From Bryobacteraceae bacterium (lineage in GTDB: Bacteria; Acidobacteriota; Terriglobia; Bryobacterales; Bryobacteraceae): DNA of 64,000 bases. Both the position numbers and the translations under genes were made by a program. The stretch spans positions 5,816-69,815 of the forward strand of contig DASYCD010000256.1 of NCBI GenBank assembly GCA_036500405.1. Reading direction: 5' to 3'. The notes beneath the pieces were generated by a model that was given only the letters and a program-made list of their open reading frames with translations, was not told the origin of the DNA and made no database searches. This document shows positions 27,286-36,719 of this stretch, piece after piece. Numbering within the stretch: the stretch's first letter is position 1; each line of letters opens with the position of its first letter.

Positions 27286-28629
27286 TCATTTGACGACAGG
27301 CTCGGCCCGGTATTGCACCTGACAGTCCACAGAACCGGGGCCGGCCGATGAATTATTCGTGAAAGGATCGAGCCGCCTCCAGCGGAGGACGAGCCAGGCT
27401 CCGGCTGCTGTGCCGGCCTGAGTGGCGACCACGACCCAGGCCATACCCACGCCGCCGAAACGCGGGGCGAAGGCGATCGCCAACAGCACATTCAGCGCGC
27501 CACATATAAGAACGATGCTGTTCAGTTCCTTCTCCAGGTCGAGCGGCAGCATGCAGTGGATGGCCAGGACATTTCGAAGCGCAATAAAGGGCGCGAGCAG
27601 ACTCAGGATCCGGAGTGGCATGATGGCGGCCTCATAGCCGGGACCGAGCAGCAAGCGCACCAGCAGAGGCGACAGGACCCACATGATTGCGGCCATCGCT
27701 ATACCGACGCCGCACATGATCAGAGCGCCCAGCCTGGCCAGACGCAGCGTACGGTCGCGCGACTGAGTGGCCAGGTGGCTGATGCGCGGATAGACGGCTT
27801 CACTGGCGGGCGCAAGCAGACCGGTAAGCGCGCGGCAAATGCGATCGGCGCCGCCATAGAATCCAACAATCTCGGGCCGCGCGAAAAAGCCGAGCAGGAA
27901 GGTATTGCCGACGGAAAACAGCGTTGAAACATTTCGCGGAATGAAAGTCTTCGCACTGCCGGCGAGCGCGTTGCGAACCGCGCTCACCTTCGGAACTTCA
28001 AATCCTGTGATTCTCGAGATCAGCGCCAGCGAAATTGCGAGCGAGAAGAATGACGCTCCAGCCAGACACGCCAGCGCCGCCCACGTATCGCCGGGGCCAC
28101 GCACGAATATAAACGTGGCGACAACGGCAAGAGCTCGAACGACGAAATCGCACGTCGCCATCAGCCGCATCCGCTCAATCGACTGGAAGAACCACATCAT
28201 GTTCGAGCCCTGAAACACGGCCCAGGCAATTCCCCACCAGAACGTATTGGGGTGATCGCGGAACAGCGGCATGCTCCATTCCACGAGAAGAGCAAGCGCG
28301 CAACTCAGGACAGACAGGACGACTTTGGCGCCCAGCACCGCGGAGACGACTTCGCGAAGAGAGGCGCGGTCGCCTTTAGTGCGCGCCGCTTCGCGCGTGC
28401 CGGAAAAGGTAAATCCGAACTCGACGCCCAGCAGAAGACAGCCGCTGAACGACTGTATTGCCACAAGCACGCCCCACGCAGGTGGACCCAGTGTGCGGCT
28501 CAGGTAAGGGACCGTGACCACCGCCAGCAGATAAGTGGAGCAGTAGATCCCATACATCGAAAAAAGGTTGGTGATGACTCCAGTGGGAATGGAGAGACCG
28601 AAGCACTTGCGTGCGCCCTCAGTCTTCAT
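27286..28629 (-). CDS. wzx: Wzx-type oligosaccharide flippase (MOP superfamily)
   Basis: It is a polytopic membrane protein with the N-terminal pattern ITNLFSMYGIYCSTYLLAVVTVPYLSRTLGPPAWG. The start was trimmed to ATG 28629. Confidence 0.7.
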   Translation of the reverse strand: MKTEGARKCFGLSIPTGVITNLFSMYGIYCSTYLLAVVTVPYLSRTLGPPAWGVLVAIQSFSGCLLLGVEFGFTFSGTREAARTKGDRASLREVVSAVLGAKVVLSVLSCALALLVEWSMPLFRDHPNTFWWGIAWAVFQGSNMMWFFQSIERMRLMATCDFVVRALAVVATFIFVRGPGDTWAALACLAGASFFSLAISLALISRITGFEVPKVSAVRNALAGSAKTFIPRNVSTLFSVGNTFLLGFFARPEIVGFYGGADRICRALTGLLAPASEAVYPRISHLATQSRDRTLRLARLGALIMCGVGIAMAAIMWVLSPLLVRLLLGPGYEAAIMPLRILSLLAPFIALRNVLAIHCMLPLDLEKELNSIVLICGALNVLLAIAFAPRFGGVGMAWVVVATQAGTAAGAWLVLRWRRLDPFTNNSSAGPGSVDCQVQYRAEPVVK

Positions 28630-29884
28630 ACTGGAATTCCCGGCGAAATACGAGATCGCGCGCGGCGGCCATTGCGGCGCAGGCGAGCATCGCCATGACG
28701 AACCACCAGTGGCGCTGGTAAAGGACTTCAATTCCGCTTGAAAGACCCAACATGCCGGCGTGGGCGCCGAGCAAGCCGACCACAAGCGGCTTTGCCTGGG
28801 AATCGGCTTTTTTGAGGGCAGACCTGCCGCGCCAGAAGAACCAACCGACGAATGCCAGGTAGATCGTGAATCCGACAAGTCCCAGCTCCGTCAGAATCCA
28901 GACCGTCGTGTTGTGAATGATGAGCGGATGATAGCCGGCGGGATCGCTGCGCAGATCGAACTCGCCGAGACCGACGCCGCGGATCGGGTGCGATATGAAC
29001 ATCGGGATCGCCTGCCGAATCTGTTCGACGCGTTCCATGGCGGTATCCTGGCGAGCGATGAGTTCTTCATTTTTCGCGCTGAGCTGGCTCTGAACCCAGA
29101 GATACGTGCCGCCAGTGATGGCCAGCGCCAGCACCGCTGAAATCACCCACAGGCGGGGGCGCAGAAAGCTGACCAGGATGAAGCCGAATGTGAAACCGAT
29201 CCACGCGGAGCGAGAGAGCGTGAAAAACAGACCGGCGCCCAGCGCTATGGTGATCGCTGCTCCGAGGATACCCGGGACGGCCGTGCGTCCGCCCAGGTAA
29301 GAGCCGACCTGCATCAGCAAGGCAACCAGCACGAGTCCGCCAAACGCGTTCGGGTCGATATACATGCCGGACACGCGAGCGTTTCCGTAATTCAGCCAGG
29401 CGGCCGAGTAACCCGCTTTTAACGCGACCACCGAAATCAGACAATGGAAACTTACGGCGACGATGAAGATCCGCATGAACTGCCGGATCTCCCGCCAGGT
29501 ACGCGCGGCTGTGGTCAGGCAAAAATAAGAGGCGAACAGAGTGAGCAGGCCGACAATCTTGACGGCTACATAGTCCGTCATGGTCCCGTGCAGATAAACC
29601 GACACTCCCGCGGCACTGAGGAAGACCAGCATCAGCGCGGCGTGCGCCAGACTCCACACCGCGGGAATGAACCGCAGGCGGAACAGGCACAGGAGCAAGC
29701 CGAGAGCGAGAAACAAATCGGATGGAGCGATGTTGACGGATGTCCCCGGGAACTGGACGGGAAAAAAGAATATGTAGAGGCCCATCAGCCAGACGAGCGG
29801 GCCGTTGTGCGCGGCGACCGCCGGTCTGACGCGAACCTGCGCCGGAAGAAAATCGTCCTGCACGTAAAAGGGGACGCCGCTCAC
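28619..29884 (-). CDS. wzy: O-antigen ligase/polymerase family membrane protein (Wzy-like)
   Basis: It has about 10 TM helices and a TLSRSAWIGF motif typical of the Wzy_C/O-antigen ligase domain. The GTG start overlaps the wzc stop. Confidence 0.7.
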   Translation of the reverse strand: MSGVPFYVQDDFLPAQVRVRPAVAAHNGPLVWLMGLYIFFFPVQFPGTSVNIAPSDLFLALGLLLCLFRLRFIPAVWSLAHAALMLVFLSAAGVSVYLHGTMTDYVAVKIVGLLTLFASYFCLTTAARTWREIRQFMRIFIVAVSFHCLISVVALKAGYSAAWLNYGNARVSGMYIDPNAFGGLVLVALLMQVGSYLGGRTAVPGILGAAITIALGAGLFFTLSRSAWIGFTFGFILVSFLRPRLWVISAVLALAITGGTYLWVQSQLSAKNEELIARQDTAMERVEQIRQAIPMFISHPIRGVGLGEFDLRSDPAGYHPLIIHNTTVWILTELGLVGFTIYLAFVGWFFWRGRSALKKADSQAKPLVVGLLGAHAGMLGLSSGIEVLYQRHWWFVMAMLACAAMAAARDLVFRREFQYED

Positions 29885-32133
29885 TGGACCGCGGTCTCCA
29901 CCTCAGGCTCGGACGGAAGATAGCTGCTGTAGGCGGAACTGTCGGATCGCGGATTCCAGTCGTTCAGAATGGTGCCGGCGAGCGGGATGCGATCGGCCGC
30001 CAGACGGCTGGCGGCGGCGACGGCGTCCTGACGGGTGGTCTTGCGAGCGCGGGTAATAAGGACGGCCGCGTCCGAAAGCCGTCCAAGGAGGCGCGCGTCG
30101 GGACCGTGCAGAACCGGCGGCGCATCGATCAGGATGACGTCGTACTGGCTTCGCATGCGGTTCAGAAAATGACCCAGACGATTGCCGCCGAACAGAGGCG
30201 CGTAGCTTGACGAAAGCTTACCTGCCGTCATCAGCGAGAGGCTGGGAACCGGCAGCGTATGAATCTTTTCGGGCTCCGGATTTGCCTTTGGATCCGCGTC
30301 ACGCAGAGCGTCGGCGAGACCGGGCTCCAGGGGCACGTTGAAAATCTGATTGAGGCGCGGACGCCGCAGATCGCCATCGATCAGCAGAACATTGCGGTGG
30401 CAAAGCGCAAGCGAGATTGCCAGATTCGCGGTGATGGTAGTTTTGCCGTCGCCCGGATTCGGGCTGGTGAAGAGCAGGACGCGGCAGCCGCGGTCGCAGC
30501 TCGTCATGATGGAGGCGAGCGCGTCGTGAATGGATTCGATCAGCAGCGCGGGAGTTCCGTTCCACGCAGCGAGTTCGAGACGATCGTCCAGACGTTCGCC
30601 GCCGGGCGGAGGCAAAAGATATTGGGCGTCGCGCCGGCGATCGATAGACGGCACGGCGGCCAGTTCGGGAAGCTGCAGGAGCGTGGAGGCATCGCCGGGA
30701 GCCCGCAGGCGCGGGCGAACCTGCTCGCGCGACACCGCGGCGATCACGCCGGCGAACAGGCCCATGAAAAGACCGAGCGCGAGGTTCAGCGAATAGTTCG
30801 GCGTGTAAGGACGAACCGGCGGCGTCGCGGGCGCAACAATCTTGAGATCCGTGTTGGGCGCCACCGATGCGAGCGCGAGTTCCTGAGCTTTCTCGAGCAG
30901 TGCGGCGTGCATGGCGCGCGTGGTGTCGAGTTGCTTCTGCAGCGTCCCGTAGTGGATGAACCTGGATTCCTGCGACGAGACATGCTGCGATTCGGCGTCA
31001 AACTTTTGCTGCAGCATCGCTTCCCGCCCCGTGGCCGCTTTGAATTCGTTCTGCGCACGGTCACGGACGGCCTGGGTCTCTTTTGCGATTGCGTCCTTGA
31101 CGACAGTAATCTGCTGCTCGACTTCCTGGACTTTGTAGCTGCCCGGCTGATACATCGATTGCAGCTTCTGGGATTGCTGCTGGAGATCCGTCAGTTTGCT
31201 CTGATAAGCCTTGAGCGCCGGATCGTCGATCAGCTGGGTCATCGCGTCCGATGAGGCATTGGCCGCGACCTGATTGCGGGACTCCTTCATCATGCGGTCG
31301 GCTTCGGCGCGGCCCAGTTCCTCGCTCAGAAGACGAAGTTGCTGCTGGGTGACGGTATCCTGGCTATCGGTCTGAACAATTCCGGCGCTCTGCGCGTAGC
31401 GCTGCATTTCCTCTTCGGATGCCGCGAGCTTGCTATTCAGATCGGCGGTCTCCCGGTCCAGATAGTCGCGAAGCTGCTTCGTCGTCGCTTCATCGGACGT
31501 AGAGGAGCGCGTCATGTGCTCGGATACGAGGGTATTCACGAAATCGGCGGCGAACTTCGGGTCATCGGAGCTGTAAGAGACGTTAATGATACGGGCCTGA
31601 TGCCGGATCGAGAGGTTGTGACTGGCCATGCCAATCGCGCTTTCCAGCGGGGTGACGGCGGGCAGGTCCTGCCGGCGGAGGGTGTGCCAGATCATCTGCG
31701 CTGTATCTTTGCCGGACGCAGATCCGGCGTGCTTGTCCAGACCCATTTTCTGGACGACGTCCCGAAGGAGCGGTTCGCTGTTCAGCAGCGTCACCTGGGT
31801 TACGATAGCGTTGTCCGTCGCCGCATCCGATGCGGCGCGGGCCGGCGTGAACGGAGATACCGTGCGGCCGGGGTCCCGCAGCTCGAGAATCGTCGTCGCC
31901 CGATACATCGGCGTCTGGAATCCGCTGATCACGAGAGCGAGCACTATGGCTCCGGCGACACAGGCAAGAATCAGCCATTTGCCGCGCTGGATGGAATGCC
32001 ACGCGCTGGACACGGTGTCGGATTCGGGAGCCGACGGAGCCGGCGGCGAGAAAACATTGCGCGTGGGAGGCTGCCTGCGAACCGGCAGCGCGAGCGACGG
32101 CGGATAACTGACTGGGAATTTGGACTCATTCAT
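29881..32133 (-). CDS. wzc: Polysaccharide co-polymerase / bacterial tyrosine autokinase (Wzc/GumC-like)
   Basis: The N-terminal Wzz-like TM and coiled-coil region is followed by a C-terminal kinase domain with Walker A NPGDGKTT, A' LLIDGDLRRP and B DVILIDAPP. The tail is Tyr-containing (SSAYSSYL). Confidence 0.85.
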   Translation of the reverse strand: MNESKFPVSYPPSLALPVRRQPPTRNVFSPPAPSAPESDTVSSAWHSIQRGKWLILACVAGAIVLALVISGFQTPMYRATTILELRDPGRTVSPFTPARAASDAATDNAIVTQVTLLNSEPLLRDVVQKMGLDKHAGSASGKDTAQMIWHTLRRQDLPAVTPLESAIGMASHNLSIRHQARIINVSYSSDDPKFAADFVNTLVSEHMTRSSTSDEATTKQLRDYLDRETADLNSKLAASEEEMQRYAQSAGIVQTDSQDTVTQQQLRLLSEELGRAEADRMMKESRNQVAANASSDAMTQLIDDPALKAYQSKLTDLQQQSQKLQSMYQPGSYKVQEVEQQITVVKDAIAKETQAVRDRAQNEFKAATGREAMLQQKFDAESQHVSSQESRFIHYGTLQKQLDTTRAMHAALLEKAQELALASVAPNTDLKIVAPATPPVRPYTPNYSLNLALGLFMGLFAGVIAAVSREQVRPRLRAPGDASTLLQLPELAAVPSIDRRRDAQYLLPPPGGERLDDRLELAAWNGTPALLIESIHDALASIMTSCDRGCRVLLFTSPNPGDGKTTITANLAISLALCHRNVLLIDGDLRRPRLNQIFNVPLEPGLADALRDADPKANPEPEKIHTLPVPSLSLMTAGKLSSSYAPLFGGNRLGHFLNRMRSQYDVILIDAPPVLHGPDARLLGRLSDAAVLITRARKTTRQDAVAAASRLAADRIPLAGTILNDWNPRSDSSAYSSYLPSEPEVETAVQ

Positions 32134-32143
32134 ATTTTCGACC

Positions 32144-33082
32144 TCAGCGGAAGATGGCTACGCCCGTACCGATGGAGAGAGCGGCCTGGGCGGCTTTGAG
32201 CGCCACATTTTTCGTACGGCTGTCCGGAATGTACAGGAAGTCACCTGCCTCCAAGCGGACATTTTCGGCCTTGCCGTTGAGAACCTTATCCATATCGAGC
32301 GGAATGTCGGTGCGGGTCCCATCGGGCTTTTCACGCAGAATCCGAGCCTTGCTCAGCTTGGCCGTGGGCAATGGTCCCCCGGCCAGCGACATGGCCTGAA
32401 GAGCGGAGATCTGCTCGCGCTGGCCGACCGCGTACGCGCCCTGCTTATTGACATCGCCCATGACGTAAATCGTTTGACCCGGCTCAACGCTGATCACGTC
32501 GTGTGGCCGCATGATCAGGCCGCTGACCGCGCTCTTGTTGTCGAGCGCATCGCGCAAACCGGCCTCCGCGACATAAAAGTGCCCGGAAGGATCCAGAGCG
32601 GCGCCTGGAACGGGGAGCTGTCCCTGATCCACCTGACGCGAGATTCGGACTTTATTACCGGCATCGGCTTTAACGCCTTCCGCAAGGGAAAGAACTTCCA
32701 GCAGCGTCTTCTCACCCTGTAGTTGAAATTCGCCCGGCTTGTTGACTTCGCCCATGACGGAGACGGGCTGGCTGCGAAGCTCGGTCACGCTCACGGTAAC
32801 CTGCGGGTCTTTCAGCTGGGTGTGGAGCTGTTTCACCAGTTCGGCGTGCAGTTGATCGACGGTCAGGCCTGCGGCGTGAATCGTCCCAGCGAGAGGAACA
32901 TCCACATTGCCGCTCAGATCGATGCGGAACGGATGCGTCCCGATCTCCTCGACTCCGAGTGCCCAGATAGTGACTTCATCGCCGGCGCCGAGCTTATAGG
33001 ACGGAGGCGCCTCGGCGGCCCAGGCAGCGAGCGCCGCACAGCAGCAAATGGCGGCGGACCGCAGAATTGGTTTGAATACCAT
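32144..33082 (-). CDS. wza: Polysaccharide export protein (Wza-like, Poly_export plus SLBB domains)
   Basis: After trimming to ATG 33082, the signal peptide is MVFKPILRSAAICCCAALAAWA, with GGAGA 9 nt upstream. YKLGAGDEVTIW is the export-domain motif. Confidence 0.8.
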   Translation of the reverse strand: MVFKPILRSAAICCCAALAAWAAEAPPSYKLGAGDEVTIWALGVEEIGTHPFRIDLSGNVDVPLAGTIHAAGLTVDQLHAELVKQLHTQLKDPQVTVSVTELRSQPVSVMGEVNKPGEFQLQGEKTLLEVLSLAEGVKADAGNKVRISRQVDQGQLPVPGAALDPSGHFYVAEAGLRDALDNKSAVSGLIMRPHDVISVEPGQTIYVMGDVNKQGAYAVGQREQISALQAMSLAGGPLPTAKLSKARILREKPDGTRTDIPLDMDKVLNGKAENVRLEAGDFLYIPDSRTKNVALKAAQAALSIGTGVAIFR

Positions 33083-33204
33083 GACAGAATTTCTCCAGGG
33101 GGCGCGCAGGAAACCGACGGGCCATGTTCGAAAAAGGACGTGAGATGACTGTGTAGCTCCTGCAGCTTGAGTTTCCGGACAGATCCCCACTGGGCTAGTA
33201 CTCT

Positions 33205-33219
33205 GCAATGCTTGTGCCA
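33205..33219 (-). promoter_or_regulatory. Sigma-54 (-24/-12) promoter of the polysaccharide operon
   Basis: The minus strand reads C-TGGCAC-AAGCA-TTGC-A, an exact match to TGGCAC-N5-TTGC. It lies about 120 nt upstream of the wza start, in an intergenic region. Confidence 0.65.
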
Positions 33220-33384
33220 GGTAACCGTTGCCGCTCTTTGGCGGTAAATAAGTGGTCTGAATATCACCGGACGGGAATGTGAAGCGGCGTTCCATGGAAG
33301 AGAGTGGCAGCGAAAGCCTCTGAAATGGTGTTTCAATCCTATTGATTCCACTTTGAGGCACATCCATGGCTTCCGTCTGTTTAA

Positions 33385-34602
33385 GTGGAAGGCGTGTTGC
33401 ATGTATTCGTACGTGCGAAGGGGGCAACAGCAGATCTGAGCGAATCTGAGCAGGGCCAGCGGGAGCGAAACAGTGCGAGAACATTCACAACGGCGAAGAA
33501 GCCGTTCGGCGCCGCGATACTCGCGCTCACCAAACACGAGAGAAAATTACTCGCCGCCTGGCAGAAGCAATTGCAGGGGCCTCGCGAACTGCGGGGCGCC
33601 TTTGGCGCTCACACGGAAATTGCGCTCTGGAACGCCGCCCGAAAACTACCGAAGGTCGGCTATCCGGAATTTTCTTCCAAACTTGCCGAAGTGGGCGACG
33701 ATCTTGCGCGCCGCGAAGTTCCTCCGGAAGAAATTGTCGCGGTGATCACTAATCTGCAAAATGCCGCGCTCACCTGCCTGGCGCGAGATGAGCAGGTGGA
33801 AGCAATTGCGCTTCTGCGAATCAGTTCGCTCGCGTCCAGTATTCTGGTCGCCGGATATGCCAGGCACTGGCAGAAGCGCGCTGACAGCATGGAAGCCAGG
33901 CTGCGCGACGCGGAAGAACGGATGCTCGGTACGTCTTCTTACGTTACCGGGGTTTATGAACGTGAGCGGCGACGACTCTCGCACGATCTTCATGATGAAA
34001 TCGGACACGAACTCGTTGTGCTGAAGCTAAGGCTGGAACTGATTGCGGCGGACGTCAGTCTGAGCAAGTTCGCCCTGCTCACGCCGAGGCTGAACGACGC
34101 GCTGGAATTGGTCGGGCGGGCAATCGACTCGGTGCGGCGGCTCGTGATGGATCTGGGACCCGCCGTCTTTGACGACCTCGGATTTCTGCCCGCCATTCGT
34201 CTGTACGGAAGACAGTTCAGCGCGAGCACCGGCATTGATGTGACGATTCGAGAGGGCGATATGCCGGCTGAGATTCCGCTTTCGCACCAGACCGCGCTTT
34301 ATCGCGTGATGCAGGGAGCGCTTTCCAACACTTTGCGCCACGGAAAGGCGAAGCATGTGACCGTGGCATTCGCCTGTTTGAAAAATTCTCAATTAATGAT
34401 GACGATTGAAGATGACGGAGTAGGTTTCGATACAACCGCGGTGCGCGTCAAGCAGCGATTCGGCCTGACGGCCATGCGGGAGCGCATCGCGGTGCTGGGC
34501 GGGAAGGTTCATGTGCAGTCCTGGCCCGCAAGTCCGCTGGGTGGCCGCCGAGGCACTCGAATTGAAGTCGATTTACCGCTGGCCGGAGGGAACCCACGAT
34601 GA
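33385..34602 (+). CDS. Cytoplasmic sensor histidine kinase, HisKA_3 (NarX/DegS) type
   Basis: RRRLSHDLHDEIGHEL is the H-box. The C-terminal HATPase has ALSNTLRHGKA, EDDGVGF and FGLTAMRER. The start codon is uncertain (no internal ATG for 170 aa). Confidence 0.8.
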   Translation: MEGVLHVFVRAKGATADLSESEQGQRERNSARTFTTAKKPFGAAILALTKHERKLLAAWQKQLQGPRELRGAFGAHTEIALWNAARKLPKVGYPEFSSKLAEVGDDLARREVPPEEIVAVITNLQNAALTCLARDEQVEAIALLRISSLASSILVAGYARHWQKRADSMEARLRDAEERMLGTSSYVTGVYERERRRLSHDLHDEIGHELVVLKLRLELIAADVSLSKFALLTPRLNDALELVGRAIDSVRRLVMDLGPAVFDDLGFLPAIRLYGRQFSASTGIDVTIREGDMPAEIPLSHQTALYRVMQGALSNTLRHGKAKHVTVAFACLKNSQLMMTIEDDGVGFDTTAVRVKQRFGLTAMRERIAVLGGKVHVQSWPASPLGGRRGTRIEVDLPLAGGNPR

Positions 34603-35249
34603 ATAAGCTGCGTGTACTCGTTTGTGACGACCATTCGCTCTTCCGGGAAGGAGTGAAGTCGATTTTGACGGCGCAGCCGGATATCGAAGTCGTGGGCGAA
34701 GCCGTCGACGGGCTCCAGGCTGTGGAGCTAGCGAAAACTTTGCGGCCGGACGTGGTCCTTATGGACATTTCCATGCCGCTGCTCAAAGGCTTTGACGCCA
34801 CGCGGCGCATTCACCGGATGCTGCCCGATTTGAAAATTCTGGTGCTCACGATTCACGACGATGAGGACCTGGTGGCGCGCTGCCTCATGGAAGGCGCCGC
34901 CGGCTACATTCTCAAGGACGCGCCGCCTTCACAACTTGTTTATGCCACTCAGGCGGTGGGGCGCGGAGAGCGTTATCTGAGCCCGCGTGTGCTCGGCAGC
35001 GTGGTCAACGCTTATAAAGGAACCACAGAGCGCGCGGGCCAGACGAAATACGATCTATTGAGCGATCGCGAACGTGAAATTCTGGTATTACTCGCGGGTG
35101 GCGACGCGTTGAAGGAAATTGCGCAGCGCCTGAACCTCAGCGTGAAGACAGTCGACGCGCACAAAGCCAACCTCATGCGCAAGCTCGAGCTGCATGATCG
35201 CTCGGAACTGATCCGTTACGCGATTCGCAACAAATTGGTGGAGCCTTGA
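34599..35249 (+). CDS. NarL/LuxR-family response regulator
   Basis: The receiver part is LVCDDH...VVLMDISMP and the C-terminal LuxR HTH is LSDREREILVLLAGGDALKEIAQRLNLSVKTVDAHKANLMRKL. There is an ATGA overlap with the kinase gene. Confidence 0.9.
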   Translation: MNKLRVLVCDDHSLFREGVKSILTAQPDIEVVGEAVDGLQAVELAKTLRPDVVLMDISMPLLKGFDATRRIHRMLPDLKILVLTIHDDEDLVARCLMEGAAGYILKDAPPSQLVYATQAVGRGERYLSPRVLGSVVNAYKGTTERAGQTKYDLLSDREREILVLLAGGDALKEIAQRLNLSVKTVDAHKANLMRKLELHDRSELIRYAIRNKLVEP

Positions 35250-35294
35250 TTTAGCGGGAAGGGCTGCGCCGCCCTGCCCCGCTCACTCTATTTA

Positions 35295-36719
35295 TCAGCC
35301 TGCAGCGCTGCTGCTGCTCGCGCCTGCGCCAATCTGCCACCGCTTGATCTTATTCAGCAGCGCCTTGTAGCTGATGGACAACTTCTTCGCGGCCAGCTTG
35401 CGATTCCAGTTGACCTCATTCAGAGTGCGCAGCACAACCTCCCGCTCCACGCGTTCCGCCGCGAGCGAGGAAAGCTTCTTGAGGGAAGAAGTATCTTTCG
35501 GCAACTCGGCGACAGGCGAACTCTCCGAGGACGAAGCCGCCGCGGCGCGCGCAACGGGAACCTCGGCATGAGCTTCGGGCTCGACCAGATCGCCCAACAC
35601 AAGCTTGACATCGGGCAGAATGACGAAGCGCTTGATGATGTTTTCGAGTTGACGCACGTTGCCCGGCCATGAGTAATGTTCAATGGCGTCCATGAGATCC
35701 GGTGGAATTTCACGCGCCGGTCGTTTGTACCGGCTTGAGTAGAGATTGATCAAAAACGTGCACAGGGGGGCAATATCTTCCCTCCGATCACGAAGCGGCG
35801 GAATCTCAATCCGGATGACGTTCAGGCGGTAATAAAGATCTTCGCGGAAAGTTCCCTCAGCAACGCACTCTTCAAGACGCTGATTTGTCGCGGCGACTAC
35901 ACGGGCACCGGAGCACTGCGGCTTGGTCCCACCCAACCGCGTAAACTCTCCATCCTGAAGTACATGCAGGAGTTTCGCCTGAAGCAACGGGCTCATTTCC
36001 CCGATTTCATCAAGGAAGATGGTGCCCCGTCCGGCGAGTTCAAACTTGCCGGGTTTATCGCGCAGGGCGCCGGTGAAAGCGCCACGCTCATAGCCAAACA
36101 GTTCCGATTCAAGGAGTTCGGAGGGTAACGCAGCGCAATTCACCTTCAACAGCTGCTCATTGCGGCGAGCAGAAGAGTAGTGAATATGGCGGGCCATCAC
36201 TTCTTTTCCGACTCCCGATTCCCCCAGAATCAGGACCGGCACATCGGTATCGGCAACCTGCGCCGCCAATTCCCGCATCTGCATCATTTGCGGATTGCAC
36301 GAAATCACTTCGCGTGCGGGCGTTCCTGTCGGCGCTGGAGCGCCGCCCTGGCTCTCATCGAGAGCACTTTGAACAGCACGCTCTAAGTCTTCGTCGGCAA
36401 AAGGTTTAACAAGGTAGTCGCTGGCGCCCAGTCGCATCGCTTTCACGACCATGTTTACCTGTCCCATGCCGGACAAAACGATTGTCGGGACGGCGCGCCG
36501 GGAGCGCGCCATTTCTTCCAGAACATCAATGCCGCCGACGCGGGGCATCATGAGATCGAGAATCAGAACATTTGGCTGGCTGGCAGCGCGGAGCCGCGCA
36601 ATTGCGCGCTCGCCGGAAACCGCAGTTTCCACATCATAGCCACGCTGCGTGAGAAAGGCGCCGAGTGACGAACGAAACGACTCGTCGTCATCGACTACAA
36701 GGACACTGGGTTTGGTCAC
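35295..36719 (-). CDS. NtrC-type sigma-54-dependent transcriptional activator (REC, AAA+, Fis HTH)
   Basis: The receiver is VLVVDDDESF...LILDLMMP, Walker A is GESGVGKE and the GAFTGA loop is YERGAFTGA. A C-terminal Fis-type HTH is present. The GTG start 36719 overlaps the upstream stop (GTGA). Confidence 0.9.
   Translation of the reverse strand: MTKPSVLVVDDDESFRSSLGAFLTQRGYDVETAVSGERAIARLRAASQPNVLILDLMMPRVGGIDVLEEMARSRRAVPTIVLSGMGQVNMVVKAMRLGASDYLVKPFADEDLERAVQSALDESQGGAPAPTGTPAREVISCNPQMMQMRELAAQVADTDVPVLILGESGVGKEVMARHIHYSSARRNEQLLKVNCAALPSELLESELFGYERGAFTGALRDKPGKFELAGRGTIFLDEIGEMSPLLQAKLLHVLQDGEFTRLGGTKPQCSGARVVAATNQRLEECVAEGTFREDLYYRLNVIRIEIPPLRDRREDIAPLCTFLINLYSSRYKRPAREIPPDLMDAIEHYSWPGNVRQLENIIKRFVILPDVKLVLGDLVEPEAHAEVPVARAAAASSSESSPVAELPKDTSSLKKLSSLAAERVEREVVLRTLNEVNWNRKLAAKKLSISYKALLNKIKRWQIGAGASSSSAAG

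Noticed and set aside
33386-33401. TGGAAG-GCGTG-TTGCA on the plus strand, facing the histidine kinase gene, as a sigma-54 promoter.
   Set aside because: The -24 element is weak, and a transcription start here would fall inside the only plausible start region of the kinase ORF, with no usable start codon downstream.
35254-35282. GC-rich imperfect palindrome GCGGGAAGGGC...GCCCTGCCCCGC between the convergent response-regulator and activator genes, as a bidirectional terminator.
   Set aside because: The stem is interrupted and there is no T-tract on either side. It is plausible, but too weak to list as a feature.
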